From positions 1,612,001 to 1,676,000 of the forward strand of contig OZ024744.1 in the NCBI GenBank assembly GCA_964016885.1: 64,000 nucleotides of DNA. Direction: 5' to 3'. This stretch comes from Eledone cirrhosa (lineage: Eukaryota). Every line of letters starts with the position of its first letter. The stretch's first letter is position 1. Below the pieces are notes generated by a model. That model saw nothing but the letters and a program-made list of their open reading frames with translations, ran no database searches and had not been told where the DNA came from. This document shows, in pieces, positions 1 to 12,900 of the stretch. Position numbers and translations under genes: made by a program.

Positions 1-2424
1 ACCTTGTCTTCCCCCAAAACTTCGTTCTTCACCAAGTCATCTTTCTCTACCTTGTCATCCCTCAAAACTTTGGTCTTCACCAATCTATCTTTCTCTACCT
101 TGTCTTCCCCCAAAACTTCGTTCTTCACCAAGCTATCTTTCTCTAGCTTGTCTTCACACTAAACTTCGTTCTTCACCAAGCTATCTTTCTCTACCTTGTC
201 TTCCCACAAAACGTCATTCTTCACCATGCTATCTTTCTCTACCTTGTCTTCCGTCAAAACTTCGTTCTTCACCAAGATATCTTTCTCTACCTTGTCTCCT
301 CCCAAAACTTCGTTCTTCACCAAGCTATCTTTCTCTACCTTGTCTTCCCTCAGAACTTCGTTCTTCACCAAGCTATCTTTCTCTACCTTGTCTTCCCCCA
401 AAACTTCGTTCTTCACCAAGCTATCTTTCTCTACATTGTCTTCCCCAAAACTTCGTTCTTCACCAAGCTATCTTTCACGACCTTGTCTTCCCTCAAAACG
501 TCGTTCTTCACCAAGCTATCTTTCTCTACCTTGTCTTCCCCCAAACTTCGTTCTTCACCAAGCTATCTTTCTCTACCTTGTCTTCCCCCAAAACTTCGTT
601 CTTCACCAAGCTATCTTTCTCTACCTCGTCTTCCCTCAAAACTTTGTTCTTCACCAAGCTATCTTTCTCTACCTTGTCTTCCCCCAAAACTTCGTTCTTC
701 ACCAAGCTATCTTTCTCTACCTTGTCATCCCCCAAAACTTCGTTCTTCACCAAGCTATCTTTCTCTACCTTGTCTTCCCCCAAAACTTCGTTCTTCGCAA
801 GCTACCTTTCTCTACCTTGTCTTCCCCCAAAACTTCGTTCTTCACCAAGCTATCTTTCTCTACCTTGTCTTCCCTCAAAACGTCGTTCTTCACCAAGCTA
901 TCTTTCTCTACCTTGTCTTCCCCCAAAACTTCGTTCTTCACCAAGCTATCTTTCTCTACCTCGTCTTCCCTCAAAACTTCGTTCTTCACCAAGCTATCTT
1001 TCTCTACCTTGTCTTCCCACAAAACGTCATTCTTCACCAAGCTATCTTTCTCTACCTTGTCTTCCGTCAAAACTTCGTTCTTCACCAAGCTATCTTTCTC
1101 TACCTTGTCTTCCCCCAAAACTTCGTTCTTCACCAAGCTATCTTTCTCTACCTCGTCTTCCCTCAAAACTTCGTTCTTCACCAAGCTATCTTTCTCTACC
1201 TTGTCTTCCCACAACACGTCATTCTTCACCAAGCTATCTTTCTCTACCTTGTCTTCCGTCGAAACTTCGTTCTTCACCAAGATATCTTTCTCTACCTTGT
1301 TTTCTCCCAAAACTTCGTTCTTCACCAAGCTATCTTTCTCTAGCTTGTCTTCACACAAAACTTCGTTCTTCACCAAGCTATCTTTCTCTACCTTGTCTTC
1401 CCACAAAACGTCATTCTTCACCAAGCTATCTTTCTCTACCTTGTCTTCCGTCAAAACTTCGTTCTTCACCAAGATATCTTTCTCTACATTGTCTTCTCCC
1501 AAAACTTCGTTCTTCACCAAGCTATCTTTCTCTACCTTGTCTTCCCTCAGAACTTCGTTCTTCACCAAGCTATCTTTCTCTACCTTGTCTTCCCCCAAAA
1601 CTTCGTTCTTCACCAAGCTATCTTTCTCTACATTGTCTTCCCCAAAACTTCGTTCTTCACCAAGCTATCTTTCTCTACCTTGTCTTTCATCAAAACGTCG
1701 TTCTTCACCAAGCTCTCTTTCTCTACCTTGTCTTCCCCCAAAACTTCGTTCTTCACCAAGCTATCTTTCTCTACCTTGTCTTCCCACAAAACGTCGTTCT
1801 TCACCAAGCTATCTTTCTCTACCTTGTCTTCCCTCAAAACGTCGTTCTTCACCAAGCTATCTTTCTCTACCTTGTCTTCCCTCAAAACTTCGTTCTTCAC
1901 CAAGCTATCTTTCTCTACCTTGTCTTCCCCCAAAACTTCGTTCTTCACCAAGCTATCTTTCTCTACCTTGTCTTCTCCCAAAACTTCGTTATTCACCAAG
2001 CTATCTTTCTCTACCTTGTCTTCCTTCAAAACTTCGTTCTTCACCAAGCTATCTTTCTCTACCTTGTCTTCCCCCAAAACTTCGTTCTTCACCAAGTCAT
2101 CTTTCTCTACCTTGTCATCCCTCAAAACTTTGTTCTTCACCAATCTATCTTTCTCTACCTTGTCTTCCCCCAAAACTTCGTTCTTCACCAAGCTATCTTT
2201 CTCTAGCTTGTCTTCACACAAAACTTCGTTCTTCACCAAGCTATCTTTCTCTACCTTGTCTTCCCACAAAACGTCATTCTTCACCAAGCTATCTTTCTCT
2301 ACCTTGTCTTCCGTCAAAACTTCGTTCTTCACCAAGATATCTTTCTCTACCTTGTCTCCTCCCAAAACTTCGTTCTTCACCAAGCTATCTTTCTCTACCT
2401 TGTCTTCCCTCAGAACTTCGTTCT

Positions 2425-5400
2425 TCACCAAGCTATCTTTCTCTACCTTGTCTTCCCCCAAAACTTCGTTCTTCACCAAGCTATCTTTCTCTACATTGTC
2501 TTCCCCAAAACTTCGTTCTTCACCAAGCTATCTTTCACGACCTTGTCTTCCCTCAAAACGTCGTTCTTCACCAAGCTATCTTTCTCTACCTTGTCTTCCC
2601 CCAAACTTCGTTCTTCACCAAGCTATCTTTCTCTACCTTGTCTTCCCCCAAAACTTCGTTCTTCACCAAGCTATCTTTCTCTACCTCGTCTTCCCTCAAA
2701 ACTTTGTTCTTCACCAAGCTATCTTTCTCTACCTTGTCTTCCCCCAAAACTTCGTTCTTCACCAAGCTATCTTTCTCTACCTTGTCATCCCCCAAAACTT
2801 CGTTCTTCACCAAGCTATCTTTCTCTACCTTGTCTTCCCCCAAAACTTCGTTCTTCGCAAGCTATCTTTCTCTACCTTGTCTTCCCCCAAAACTTCGTTC
2901 TTCAGCAAGCTATCTTTCTCTACCTTGTCTTCCCACAAAACGTCGTTCTTCACCAAGCTATCTTTCTCTACCTTGTCTTCCCTCAAAACATCGTTCTTCA
3001 CCAAGCTATCTTTCTCTACCTTGTCTTCCCTCAAAACATCGTTCTTCACCAAGCTATCTTTCTCTACCTTGTCTTCTCCCAAAACTTCGTTATTCACCAA
3101 GCTATCTTTCTCTACCTTGTCTTCCCTCAAAACTTCGTTCTTCACCAAGCTATCTTTCTCTACCTTGTCTTCCCCCAAAACTTCGTTCTTCACCAAGCTA
3201 TCTTTCTCTACCTTGTCTTCCCCCAAAACTTCGTTCTTCACCAAGCTATCTTTCTCTAGCTTGTCTTCACACAAAACTTCGTTCTTCACCAAGCTATCTT
3301 TCTCTACCTTGTCTTCCCACAAAACGTCATTCTTCACCAAGCTATCTTTCTCTACCTTGTCTTCCGTCGAAACTTCGTTCTTCACCAAGATATCTTTCTC
3401 TACCTTGTTTTCCCCCAAAACTTCGTTCTTCACCAAGCTATCTTTCTCTAGCTTGTCTTCACACAAAACTTCGTTCTTCACCAAGCTATCTTTCTCTACC
3501 TTGTCTTCCCACAAAACGTCATTCTTCACCACGCTATCTTTCTCTACCTTGTCTTCCGTCGAAACTTCGTTCTTCACCAAGATATCTTTCTCTACCTTGT
3601 TTTCTCCCAAAACTTCGTTCTTCACCAAGCTATCTTTCTCTACCTTGTCTTCCCTCGGAACTTCGTTCTTCAACAAGCTATCTTTCTCTACCTTGTCTTC
3701 CCTCAAAACGTCGTTCTTCACCAAGCTATCTTTCTCTACCTTGCCTTCCCTCAAAACATCGTTCTTCACCAAGCTATCTTTCTCTACCTTGTCTTCTCCC
3801 AAAACTTCGTTATTCACCAAGCTATCTTTCTCTACCTTGTCTTCCCTCAAAACTTCGTTCTTCACCAAGCTATCTTTCTCTACCTTGTCTTCCCCCAAAA
3901 CTTCGTTCTTCACCAAGCTATCTTTCTCTACCTTGTCTTCCCTCAAAACTTCGTTCTTCACCAAGCTATCTTTCTCTACCTTGTCTTCCCCCAAAACTTC
4001 GTTCTTCACCAAGTCATCTTTCTCTACCTTGTCATCCCTCAAAACTTTGTTCTTCACCAATCTATCTTTCTCTACCTTGTCTTCCCCCAAAACTTCGTTC
4101 TTCACCAAGCTATCTTTCTCTAGCTTGTCTTCACACAAAACTTCGTTCTTCACCAAGCTATCTTTCTCTACCTTGTCTTCCCACAAAACGTCATTCTTCA
4201 CCAAGCTATCTTTCTCTACCTTGTCTTCCGTCAAAACTTCGTTCTTCACCAAGATATCTTTCTCTACCTTGTCTCCTCCCAAAACTTCGTTCTTCACCAA
4301 GCTATCTTTCTCTACCTTGTCTTCCCTCAGAACTTCGTTCTTCACCAAGCTATCTTTCTCTACCTTGTCTTCCCCCAAAACTTCGTTCTTCACCAAGCTA
4401 TCTTTCTCTACATTGTCTTCCCCAAAACTTCGTTCTTCACCAAGCTATCTTTCACGACCTTGTCTTCCCTCAAAACGTCGTTCTTCACCAAGCTATCTTT
4501 CTCTACCTTGTCTTCCCCCAAACTTCGTTCTTCACCAAGCTATCTTTCTCTACCTTGTCTTCCCCCAAAACTTCGTTCTTCACCAAGCTATCTTTCTCTA
4601 CCTCGTCTTCCCTCAAAACTTTGTTCTTCACCAAGCTATCTTTCTCTACCTTGTCTTCCCCCAAAACTTCGTTCTTCACCAAGCTATCTTTCTCTACATT
4701 GTCTTCCCCAAAACTTCGTTCTTCACCAAGCTATCTTTCACGACCTTGTCTTCCCTCAAAACGTCGTTCTTCACCAAGCTATCTTTCTCTACCTTGTCTT
4801 CCCCCAAACTTCGTTCTTCACCAAGCTATCTTTCTCTACCTTGTCTTCCCCCAAAACTTCGTTCTTCACCAAGCTATCTTTCTCTACCTCGTCTTCCCTC
4901 AAAACTTTGTTCTTCACCAAGCTATCTTTCTCTACCTTGTCTTCCCCCAAAACTTCATTCTTCACCAAGCTATCTTTCTCTACCTTGTCATCCCCCAAAA
5001 CTTCGTTCTTCACCAAGCTATCTTTCTCTACCTTGTCTTCCCCCAAAACTTCGTTCTTCGCAAGCTATCTTTCTCTACCTTGTCTTCCCCCAAAACTTCG
5101 TTCTTCAGCAAGCTATCTTTCTCTACCTTGTCTTCCCACAAAACGTCGTTCTTCACCAAGCTATCTTTCTCTACCTTGTCTTCCCTCAAAACGTCGTTCT
5201 TCACCAAGCTATCTTTCTCTACCTTGTCTTCCCTCAAAACATCGTTCTTCACCAAGCTATCTTTCTCTACCTTGTCTTCTCCCAAAACTTCGTTATTCAC
5301 CAAGCTATCTTTCTCTACCTTGTCTTCCCTCAAAACTTCGTTCTTCACCAAGCTATCTTTCTCTACCTTGTCTTCCCCCAAAACTTCGTTCTTCACCAAG

Positions 5401-6668
5401 CTATCTTTCTCTACCTTGTCTTCCCCCAAAACTTCGTTCTTCACCAAGCTATCTTTCTCTAGCTTGTCTTCACACAAAACTTCGTTCTTCACCAAGCTAT
5501 CTTTCTCTACCTTGTCTTCCCACAAAACGTCATTCTTCACCAAGCTATCTTTCTCTACCTTGTCTTCCGTCGAAACTTCGTTCTTCACCAAGATATCTTT
5601 CTCTACCTTGTTTTCTCCCAAAACTTCGTTCTTCACCAAGCTATCTTTCTCTAGCTTGTCTTCACACAAAACTTCGTTCTTCACCAAGCTATCTTTCTCT
5701 ACCTTGTCTTCCCACAAAACGTCATTCTTCACCACGCTATCTTTCTCTACCTTGTCTTCCGTCGAAACTTCGTTCTTCACCAAGATATCTTTCTCTACCT
5801 TGTTTTCTCCCAAAACTTCGTTCTTCACCAAGCTATCTTTCTCTACCTTGTCTTCCCTCAGAACTTCGTTCTTCAACAAGCTATCTTTCTCTACCTTGTC
5901 TTCCCTCAAAACGTCGTTCTTCACCAAGCTATCTTTCTCTACCTTGCCTTCCCTCAAAACATCGTTCTTCACCAAGCTATCTTTCTCTACCTTGTCTTCT
6001 CCCAAAACTTCGTTATTCACCAAGCTATCTTTCTCTACCTTGTCTTCCCTCAAAACTTCGTTCTTCACCAAGCTATCTTTCTCTACCTTGTCTTCCCCCA
6101 AAACTTCGTTCTTCACCAAGCTATCTTTCTCTACCTTGTCTTCCCTCAAAACTTCGTTCTTCACCAAGCTATCTTTCTCTACCTTGTCTTCCCCCAAAAC
6201 TTCGTTCTTCACCAAGTCATCTTTCTGTACCTTGTCATCCCTCAAAACTTTGTTCTTCACCAATCTATCTTTCTCTACCTTGTCTTCCCCCAAAACTTCG
6301 TTCTTCACCAAGCTATCTTTCTCTAGCTTGTCTTCACACAAAACTTCGTTCTTCACCAAGCTATCTTTCTCTACCTTGTCTTCCCACAAAACGTCATTCT
6401 TCACCAAGCTATCTTTCTCTACCTTGTCTTCCGTCAAAACTTCGTTCTTCACCAAGATATCTTTCTCTACCTTGTCTCCTCCCGAAACTTCGTTCTTCAC
6501 CAAGCTATCTTTCTCTACCTTGTCTTCCCTCAGAACTTCGTTCTTCACCAAGCTATCTTTCTCTACCTTGTCTTCCCCCAAAACTTCGTTCTTCACCAAG
6601 CTATCTTTCTCTACATTGTCTTCCCCAAAACTTCGTTCTTCACCAAGCTATCTTTCACGACCTTGTCT
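2425..6668. repeat. Recent block duplication, offset 2203 bp (~2425-4465 vs ~4628-6668)
   Basis: The private variant CACCACGCTA occurs at ~3531 and ~5734. ORF pairs 2586/4789 and 2825/5028 are offset by 2203 = 46x48 - 5, matching the five 47-bp monomers in the interval. Confidence 0.9.
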
Positions 6669-9600
6669 TCCCACAAAACGTCGTTCTTCACCAAGCTATC
6701 TTTCTCTACCTTGTCTTCCCTCAAAACGTCGTTCTTCACCAAGCTATCTTTCTCTAGCTTGTCTTCCCTCAAAACATCGTTCTTCACCAAGCTATCTTTC
6801 TCTACCTTGTCTTCTCCCAAAACTTCGTTATTCACCAAGCTATCTTTCTCTACCTTGTCTTCCCTCAAAACTTCGTTCTTCACCAAGCTATCTTTCTCTA
6901 CCTTGTCTTCCCCCAAAACTTCGTTCTTCACCAAGCTATCTTTCTCTACCTTGTCTTCCCCCAAAACTTCGTTCTTCACCAAGCTATCTTTCTCTAGCTT
7001 GTCTTCACACAAAACTTCGTTCTTCACCAAGCTATCTTTCTCTACCTTGTCTTCCCACAAAACGTCATTCTTCACCAAGCTATCTTTCTCTACCTTGTCT
7101 TCCGTCGAAACTTCGTTCTTCACCAAGATATCTTTCTCTACCTTGTTTTCTCCCAAAACTTCGTTCTTCACCAAGCTATCTTTCTCTAGCTTGTCTTCAC
7201 ACAAAACTTCGTTCTTCACCAAGCTATCTTTCTCTACCTTGTCTTCCCACAAAACGTCATTCTTCACCAAGCTATCTTTCTCTACCTTGTCTTCCGTCGA
7301 AACTTCGTTCTTCACCAAGATATCTTTCTCTACCTTGTTTTCTCCCAAAACTTCGTTCTTCACCAAGCTATCTTTCTCTACCTTGTCTTCCCTCAGAACT
7401 TCGTTCTTCAACAAGCTATCTTTCTCTACCTTGTCTTCCCTCAAAACGTCGTTCTTCACCAAGCTATCTTTCTCTACCTTGCCTTCCCTCAAAACATCGT
7501 TCTTCACCAAGCTATCTTTCTCTACCTTGTCTTCTCCCAAAACTTCGTTATTCACCAAGCTATCTTTCTCTACCTTGTCTTCCCTCAAAACTTCGTTCTT
7601 CACCAAGCTATCTTTCTCTACCTTGTCTTCCCCCAAAACTTCGTTCTTCACCAAGCTATCTTTCTCTACCTTGTCTTCCCCCAAAACTTCGTTCTTCACC
7701 AAGCTATCTTTCTCTACCTTGTCTTTCCCCAAAACTTCTTTCTTCACCAAGTCATCTTTCTCTACCTTGTCATCCCTCAAAACTTCGTTCTTCACCAATC
7801 TATCTTTCTCTGCCTTGTCTTCCCCCAAAACTTCGTTCTTCACCAAGCTATCTTTCTCTACCTTGTCTTCACACAAAACTTCGTTCTTCACCAAGCTTTC
7901 TTTCTCTACCTTGTCTTCCCACAAAACGTCATTCTTCACCAAGCTATCTTTCTCTACCTTGTCTTCCGTCAAAACTTCGTTCTTCACCAAGCTATCTTTC
8001 TCTACCTTGTCTTCCCTCAGAACTTCGTTCTTCACCAAGCTATCTTTCTCTACCTTGTCTTCCCCCAAAACTTCGTTCTTCACCAAGCTATCTTTCTCTA
8101 CATTGTCTTCCCCAAAACTTCGTTCTTCACCAAGCTATCTTTCTCTACCTTGTCTTTCATCAAAACGTCGTTCTTCACCAAGCTCTCTTTCTCTACCTTG
8201 TCTTCCCCCAAAACTTCGTTCTTCACCAAGCTATCTTTCTCTACCTTGTCTTCCCACAAAACGTCGTTCTTCACCAAGCTATCTTTCTCTACCTTGTCTT
8301 CCCTCAAAACGTCGTTCTTCACCAAGCTATCTTTCTCTACCTTGTCTTCCCTCAAAACTTCGTTCTTCACCAAGCTATCTTTCTCTACCTTGTCTTCCCC
8401 CAAAACTTCGTTCTTCACCAAGCTATCTTTCTCTACCTTGTCTTCTCCCAAAACTTCGTTATTCACCAAGCTATCTTTCTCTACCTTGTCTTCCCTCAAA
8501 ACTTCGTTCTTCACCAAGCTATCTTTCTCTATCTTGTCTTCCCCCAAAACTTCGTTCTTCACCAAGTCATCTTTCTCTACCTTGTCATCCCTCAAAACTT
8601 TGTTCTTCACCAATCTATCTTTCTCTACCTTGTCTTCCCCCAAAACTTCGTTCTTCACCAAGCTATCTTTCTCTAGCTTGTCTTCACACAAAACTTCGTT
8701 CTTCACCAAGCTATCTTTCTCTACCTTGTCTTCCCACAAAACGTCATTCTTCACCAAGCTATCTTTCTCTACCTTGTCTTCCGTCAAAACTTCGTTCTTC
8801 ACCAAGATATCTTTCTCTACCTTGTCTCCTCCCAAAACTTCGTTCTTCACCAAGCTATCTTTCTCTACCTTGTCTTCCCTCAGAACTTCGTTCTTCACCA
8901 AGCTATCTTTCTCTACCTTGTCTTCCCCCAAAACTTCGTTCTTCACCAAGCTATCTTTCTCTACATTGTCTTCCCCAAAACTTCGTTCTTCACCAAGCTA
9001 TCTTTCACGACCTTGTCTTCCCTCAAAACGTCGTTCTTCACCAAGCTATCTTTCTCTACCTTGTCTTCCCCCAAACTTCGTTCTTCACCAAGCTATCTTT
9101 CTCTACCTTGTCTTCCCCCAAAACTTCGTTCTTCACCAAGCTATCTTTCTCTACCTCGTCTTCCCTCAAAACTTTGTTCTTCACCAAGCTATCTTTCTCT
9201 ACCTTGTCTTCCCCCAAAACTTCGTTCTTCACCAAGCTATCTTTCTCTACCTTGTCTTCCCCCAAAACTTCGTTCTTCACCAAGCTATCTTTCTCTACCT
9301 TGTCTTCCCTCAAAATGTCGTTCTTCACCAAGCTATCTTTCTCTACCTTGTCTTCCCCCAAAACTTCGTTCTTCACCAAGCTATCTTTCTCTACCTTGTC
9401 TTCCCCCAAAACTTCGTTCTTCACCAAGCTATCTTTCTCTACCTCGTCTTCCCTCAAAACTTCGTTCTTCACCAAGCTATCTTTCTCTACCTTGTCTTCC
9501 CCCAAAACTTCGTTCTTCACCAAGTCATCTTTCTCTACCTTGTCTTCCCACAAAACGTCATTCTTCACCAAGCTATCTTTCTCTACCTTGTCTTCCCCCA

Positions 9601-9949
9601 AACTTCGTTCTTCACCAAGCTATCTTTCTCTACCTTGTCTTCCCCCAAAACTTCGTTCTTCACCAAGCTAACTTTCTCTACCTCGTCTTCCCTCAAAACT
9701 GTGTTCTTCACCAAGCTATCTTTCTCTACCTCGTCTTCCCTCAAAACGTCGTTCTTCACCAAGCTATCTTTCTCTACCTTGTCTTCCCCCAAAACTTCGT
9801 TCTTCACCAAGCTATCTTTCTCTACCTCGTCTTCCCTCAAAACTTCGTTCTTCACCAAGCTATCTTTCTCTACCTTGTCTTCCCACAAAACGTCATTCTT
9901 CACCAAGCTATCTTTCTCTAACTTGTCTTCCCTCAAAACGTCGTTCTTC

Positions 9950-12900
9950 ACCAAGCTATCTTTCTCTACCTTGTCTTCCCCCAAAACTTCGTTCTTCACC
10001 AAGCTATCTTTCTCTACCTTGTCTTCCCCCAAAACTTCGTTCTTCGCAAGCTATCTTTCTCTACCTTGTCTTCCCCCAAAACTTCGTTCTTCAGCAAGCT
10101 ATCTTTCTCTACCTTGTCTTCCCACAAAACGTCGTTCTTCACCAAGCTATCTTTCTCTACCTTGTCTTCCCTCAAAACGTCGTTCTTCACCAAGCTATCT
10201 TTCTCTACCTTGTCTTCCCTCAAAACATCGTTCTTCACCAAGCTATCTTTCTCTACCTTGTCTTCTCCCAAAACTTCGTTATTCACCAAGCTATCTTTCT
10301 CTACCTTGTCTTCCCTCAAAACTTCGTTCTTCACCAAGCTATCTTTCTCTACCTTGTCTTCCCCCAAAACTTCGTTCTTCACCAAGCTATCTTTCTCTAC
10401 CTTGTCTTCCCCCAAAACTTCGTTCTTCACCAAGCTATCTTTCTTTAGCTTGTCTTCACACAAAACTTCGTTCTTCACCAAGCTATCTTTCTCTACCTTG
10501 TCTTCCCACAAAACGTCATTCTTCACCAAGCTATCTTTCTCTACCTTGTCTTCCGTCGAAACTTCGTTCTTCACCAAGATATCTTTCTCTACCTTGTTTT
10601 CTCCCAAAACTTCGTTCTTCACCAAGCTATCTTTCTGTACCTTGTCTTCCCTCAGAACTTCGTTCTTCACCAAGCTATCTTTCTCTACCTTGTCTTCCCT
10701 CAAAACGTCGTTCTTCACCAAGCTATCTTTCTCTACCTTGTCTTCCCTCAAAACATCGTTCTTCACCAAGCTATCTTTCTCTACCTTGTTTTCTCCCAAA
10801 ACTTCGTTATTCACCAAGCTATCTTTCTCTACCTTGTCTTCCCCCAAAACTTCGTTCTTCACCAAGCTATCTTTCTCTACCTTGTCTTCCCCCAAAACTT
10901 CGTTCTTCACCAAGCTATCTTTCTCTACCTTGTCTTCCCCCAAAACTTCTTTCTTCACCAAGTCATCTTTCTCTACCTTGTCATCCCTCAAAACTTCGTT
11001 CTTCACCAATCTATCTTTCTCTGCCTTGTCTTCCCCCAAAACTTCGTTCTTCACCAAGCTATCTTTCTCTACCTTGTCTTCACACAAAACTTCGTTCTTC
11101 ACCAAGCTATCTTTCTCTACCTTGTCTTCGCACAAAACGTCATTCTTCACCAAGCTATCTTTCTCTACCTTGTCTTCCGTCAAAACTTCGTTCTTCACCA
11201 AGATATCTTTCTGTACCTTGTCTTCTCCCAAAACTTCGTTCTTCACCAAGCTATCTTTCTCTACCTTGTCTTCCCTCAGAACTTCGTTCTTCACCAAGCT
11301 ATCTTTCTCTACCTTGTCTTCCCCCAAAACTTCGTTCTTCACCAAGCTATCTTTCTCTACATTGTCTTCCCCAAAACATCGTTCTTCACCAAGCTATCTT
11401 TCTCTACCTTGTCTTTCATCAAAACGTCGTTCTTCACCAAGCTCTCTTTCTCTACCTTGTCTTCCCCCAAAACTTCGTTCTTCACCAAGCTATCTTTCTC
11501 TACCTTGTCTTCCCCCGAAACTTCGTTCTTCACCAAGCTATATTTCTCTACCTTGTCTTCCCACAAAACGTCGTTCTTCACCAAGCTATCTTTCTCTACC
11601 TTGTCTTCCCCCAAAACTTCGTTCTTCACCAAGCTATCTTTCTCTAGCTTGTCTTCACACAAAACTTCGTTCTTCACCAAGCTATCTTTCTCTACCTTGT
11701 CTTCCCACAAAACGTCATTCTTCACCAAGCTATCTTTCTCTACCTTGTTTTCTCCCAAAACTTCGTTCTTCACCAAGCTATCTTTCTCTACCTTGTCTTC
11801 CCTCAGAACTTCGTTCTTCACCAAGCTATCTTTCTCTACCTTGTCTTCCCTCAAAACGTCGTTCTTCACCAAGCTATCTTTCTCTACCTTGTCTTCCCTC
11901 AAAACATCGTTCTTCACCAAGCTATCTTTCTCTACCTTGTCTTCTCCCAAAACTTCGTTATTCACCAAGCTATCTTTCTCTACCTTGTCTTCCCTCAAAA
12001 CTTCGTTCTTCACCAAGCTATCTTTCTCTACCTTGTCTTCCCCCAAAACTTCGTTCTTCACCAAGCTATCTTTCTCTACCTTGTCTTCCCCCAAAACTTC
12101 TTTCTTCACCAAGTCATCTTTCTCTACCTTGTCATCCCTCAAAACTTCGTTCTTCACCAATCTATCTTTCTCTGCCTTGTCTTCCCCCAAAACTTCGTTC
12201 TTCACCAAGCTATCTTTCTCTACCTCGTCTTCACACAAAACTTCGTTCTTCACCAAGCTATCTTTCTCTACCTTGTCTTCCCACAAAACGTCATTCTTCA
12301 CCAATCTATCTTTCTCTACCTTGTCTTCCCCCAAAACTTCGTTCTTCACCAAGCTATCTTTCTCTAGCTTGTCTTCACACAAAACTTCGTTCTTCACCAA
12401 GCTATCTTTCTCTACCTTGTCTTCCCTCAAAACGTCGTTCTTCACCAAGCTATCTTTCTCTACCTTGTCTTCCCTCAAAACATCGTTCTTCACCAAGCTA
12501 TCTTTCTCTACCTTGTCTTCTCCCAAAACTTCGTTATTCACCAAGCTATCTTTCTCTACCTTGTCTTCCCTCAAAACTTCGTTCTTCACCAAGCTATCTT
12601 TCTCTACCTTGTCTTCCCCCAAAACTTCGTTCTTCACCAAGCTATCTTTCTCTACCTTGTCTTCCCCCAAAACTTCGTTCTTCACCAAGCTATCTTTCTC
12701 TAGCTTGTCTTCACACAAAACTTCGTTCTTCACCAAGCTATCTTTCTCTACCTTGTCTTCCCACAAAACGTCATTCTTCACCAAGCTATCTTTCTCTACC
12801 TTGTCTTCCGTCGAAACTTCGTTCTTCACCAAGATATCTTTCTCTACCTTGTTTTCTCCCAAAACTTCGTTCTTCACCAAGCTATCTTTCTCTACCTTGT

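Noticed and set aside
20-36. CENP-B box-like motif CTTCGTTCTTCACCAAG
   Set aside because: It matches CTTCGTT of CTTCGTTGGAAACGGGA but lacks the essential A10 and GGG; only 5 of the 9 critical bases are present.
433-800. Three clustered -1 deletions (A, B, C) restoring the reading frame, suggesting compensation
   Set aside because: The net shift is -3 here and at 2493-2855, but other clusters sum to -4 or -5 (8963-10044, 13278-14406, 36161-37434), and the shifted minus frames contain stops.
3259-3642. Nucleosome-length tuning (3x48 = 144, 4x48 = 192)
   Set aside because: This is only a numerical coincidence. The dominant HOR lengths are 11, 12 and 15 monomers, and positioning cannot be inferred without MNase data.
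7893-7898. Isolated HindIII site (AAGCTT)
   Set aside because: It is a single A>T substitution in one monomer, useful as a mapping landmark but with no evident biological meaning.
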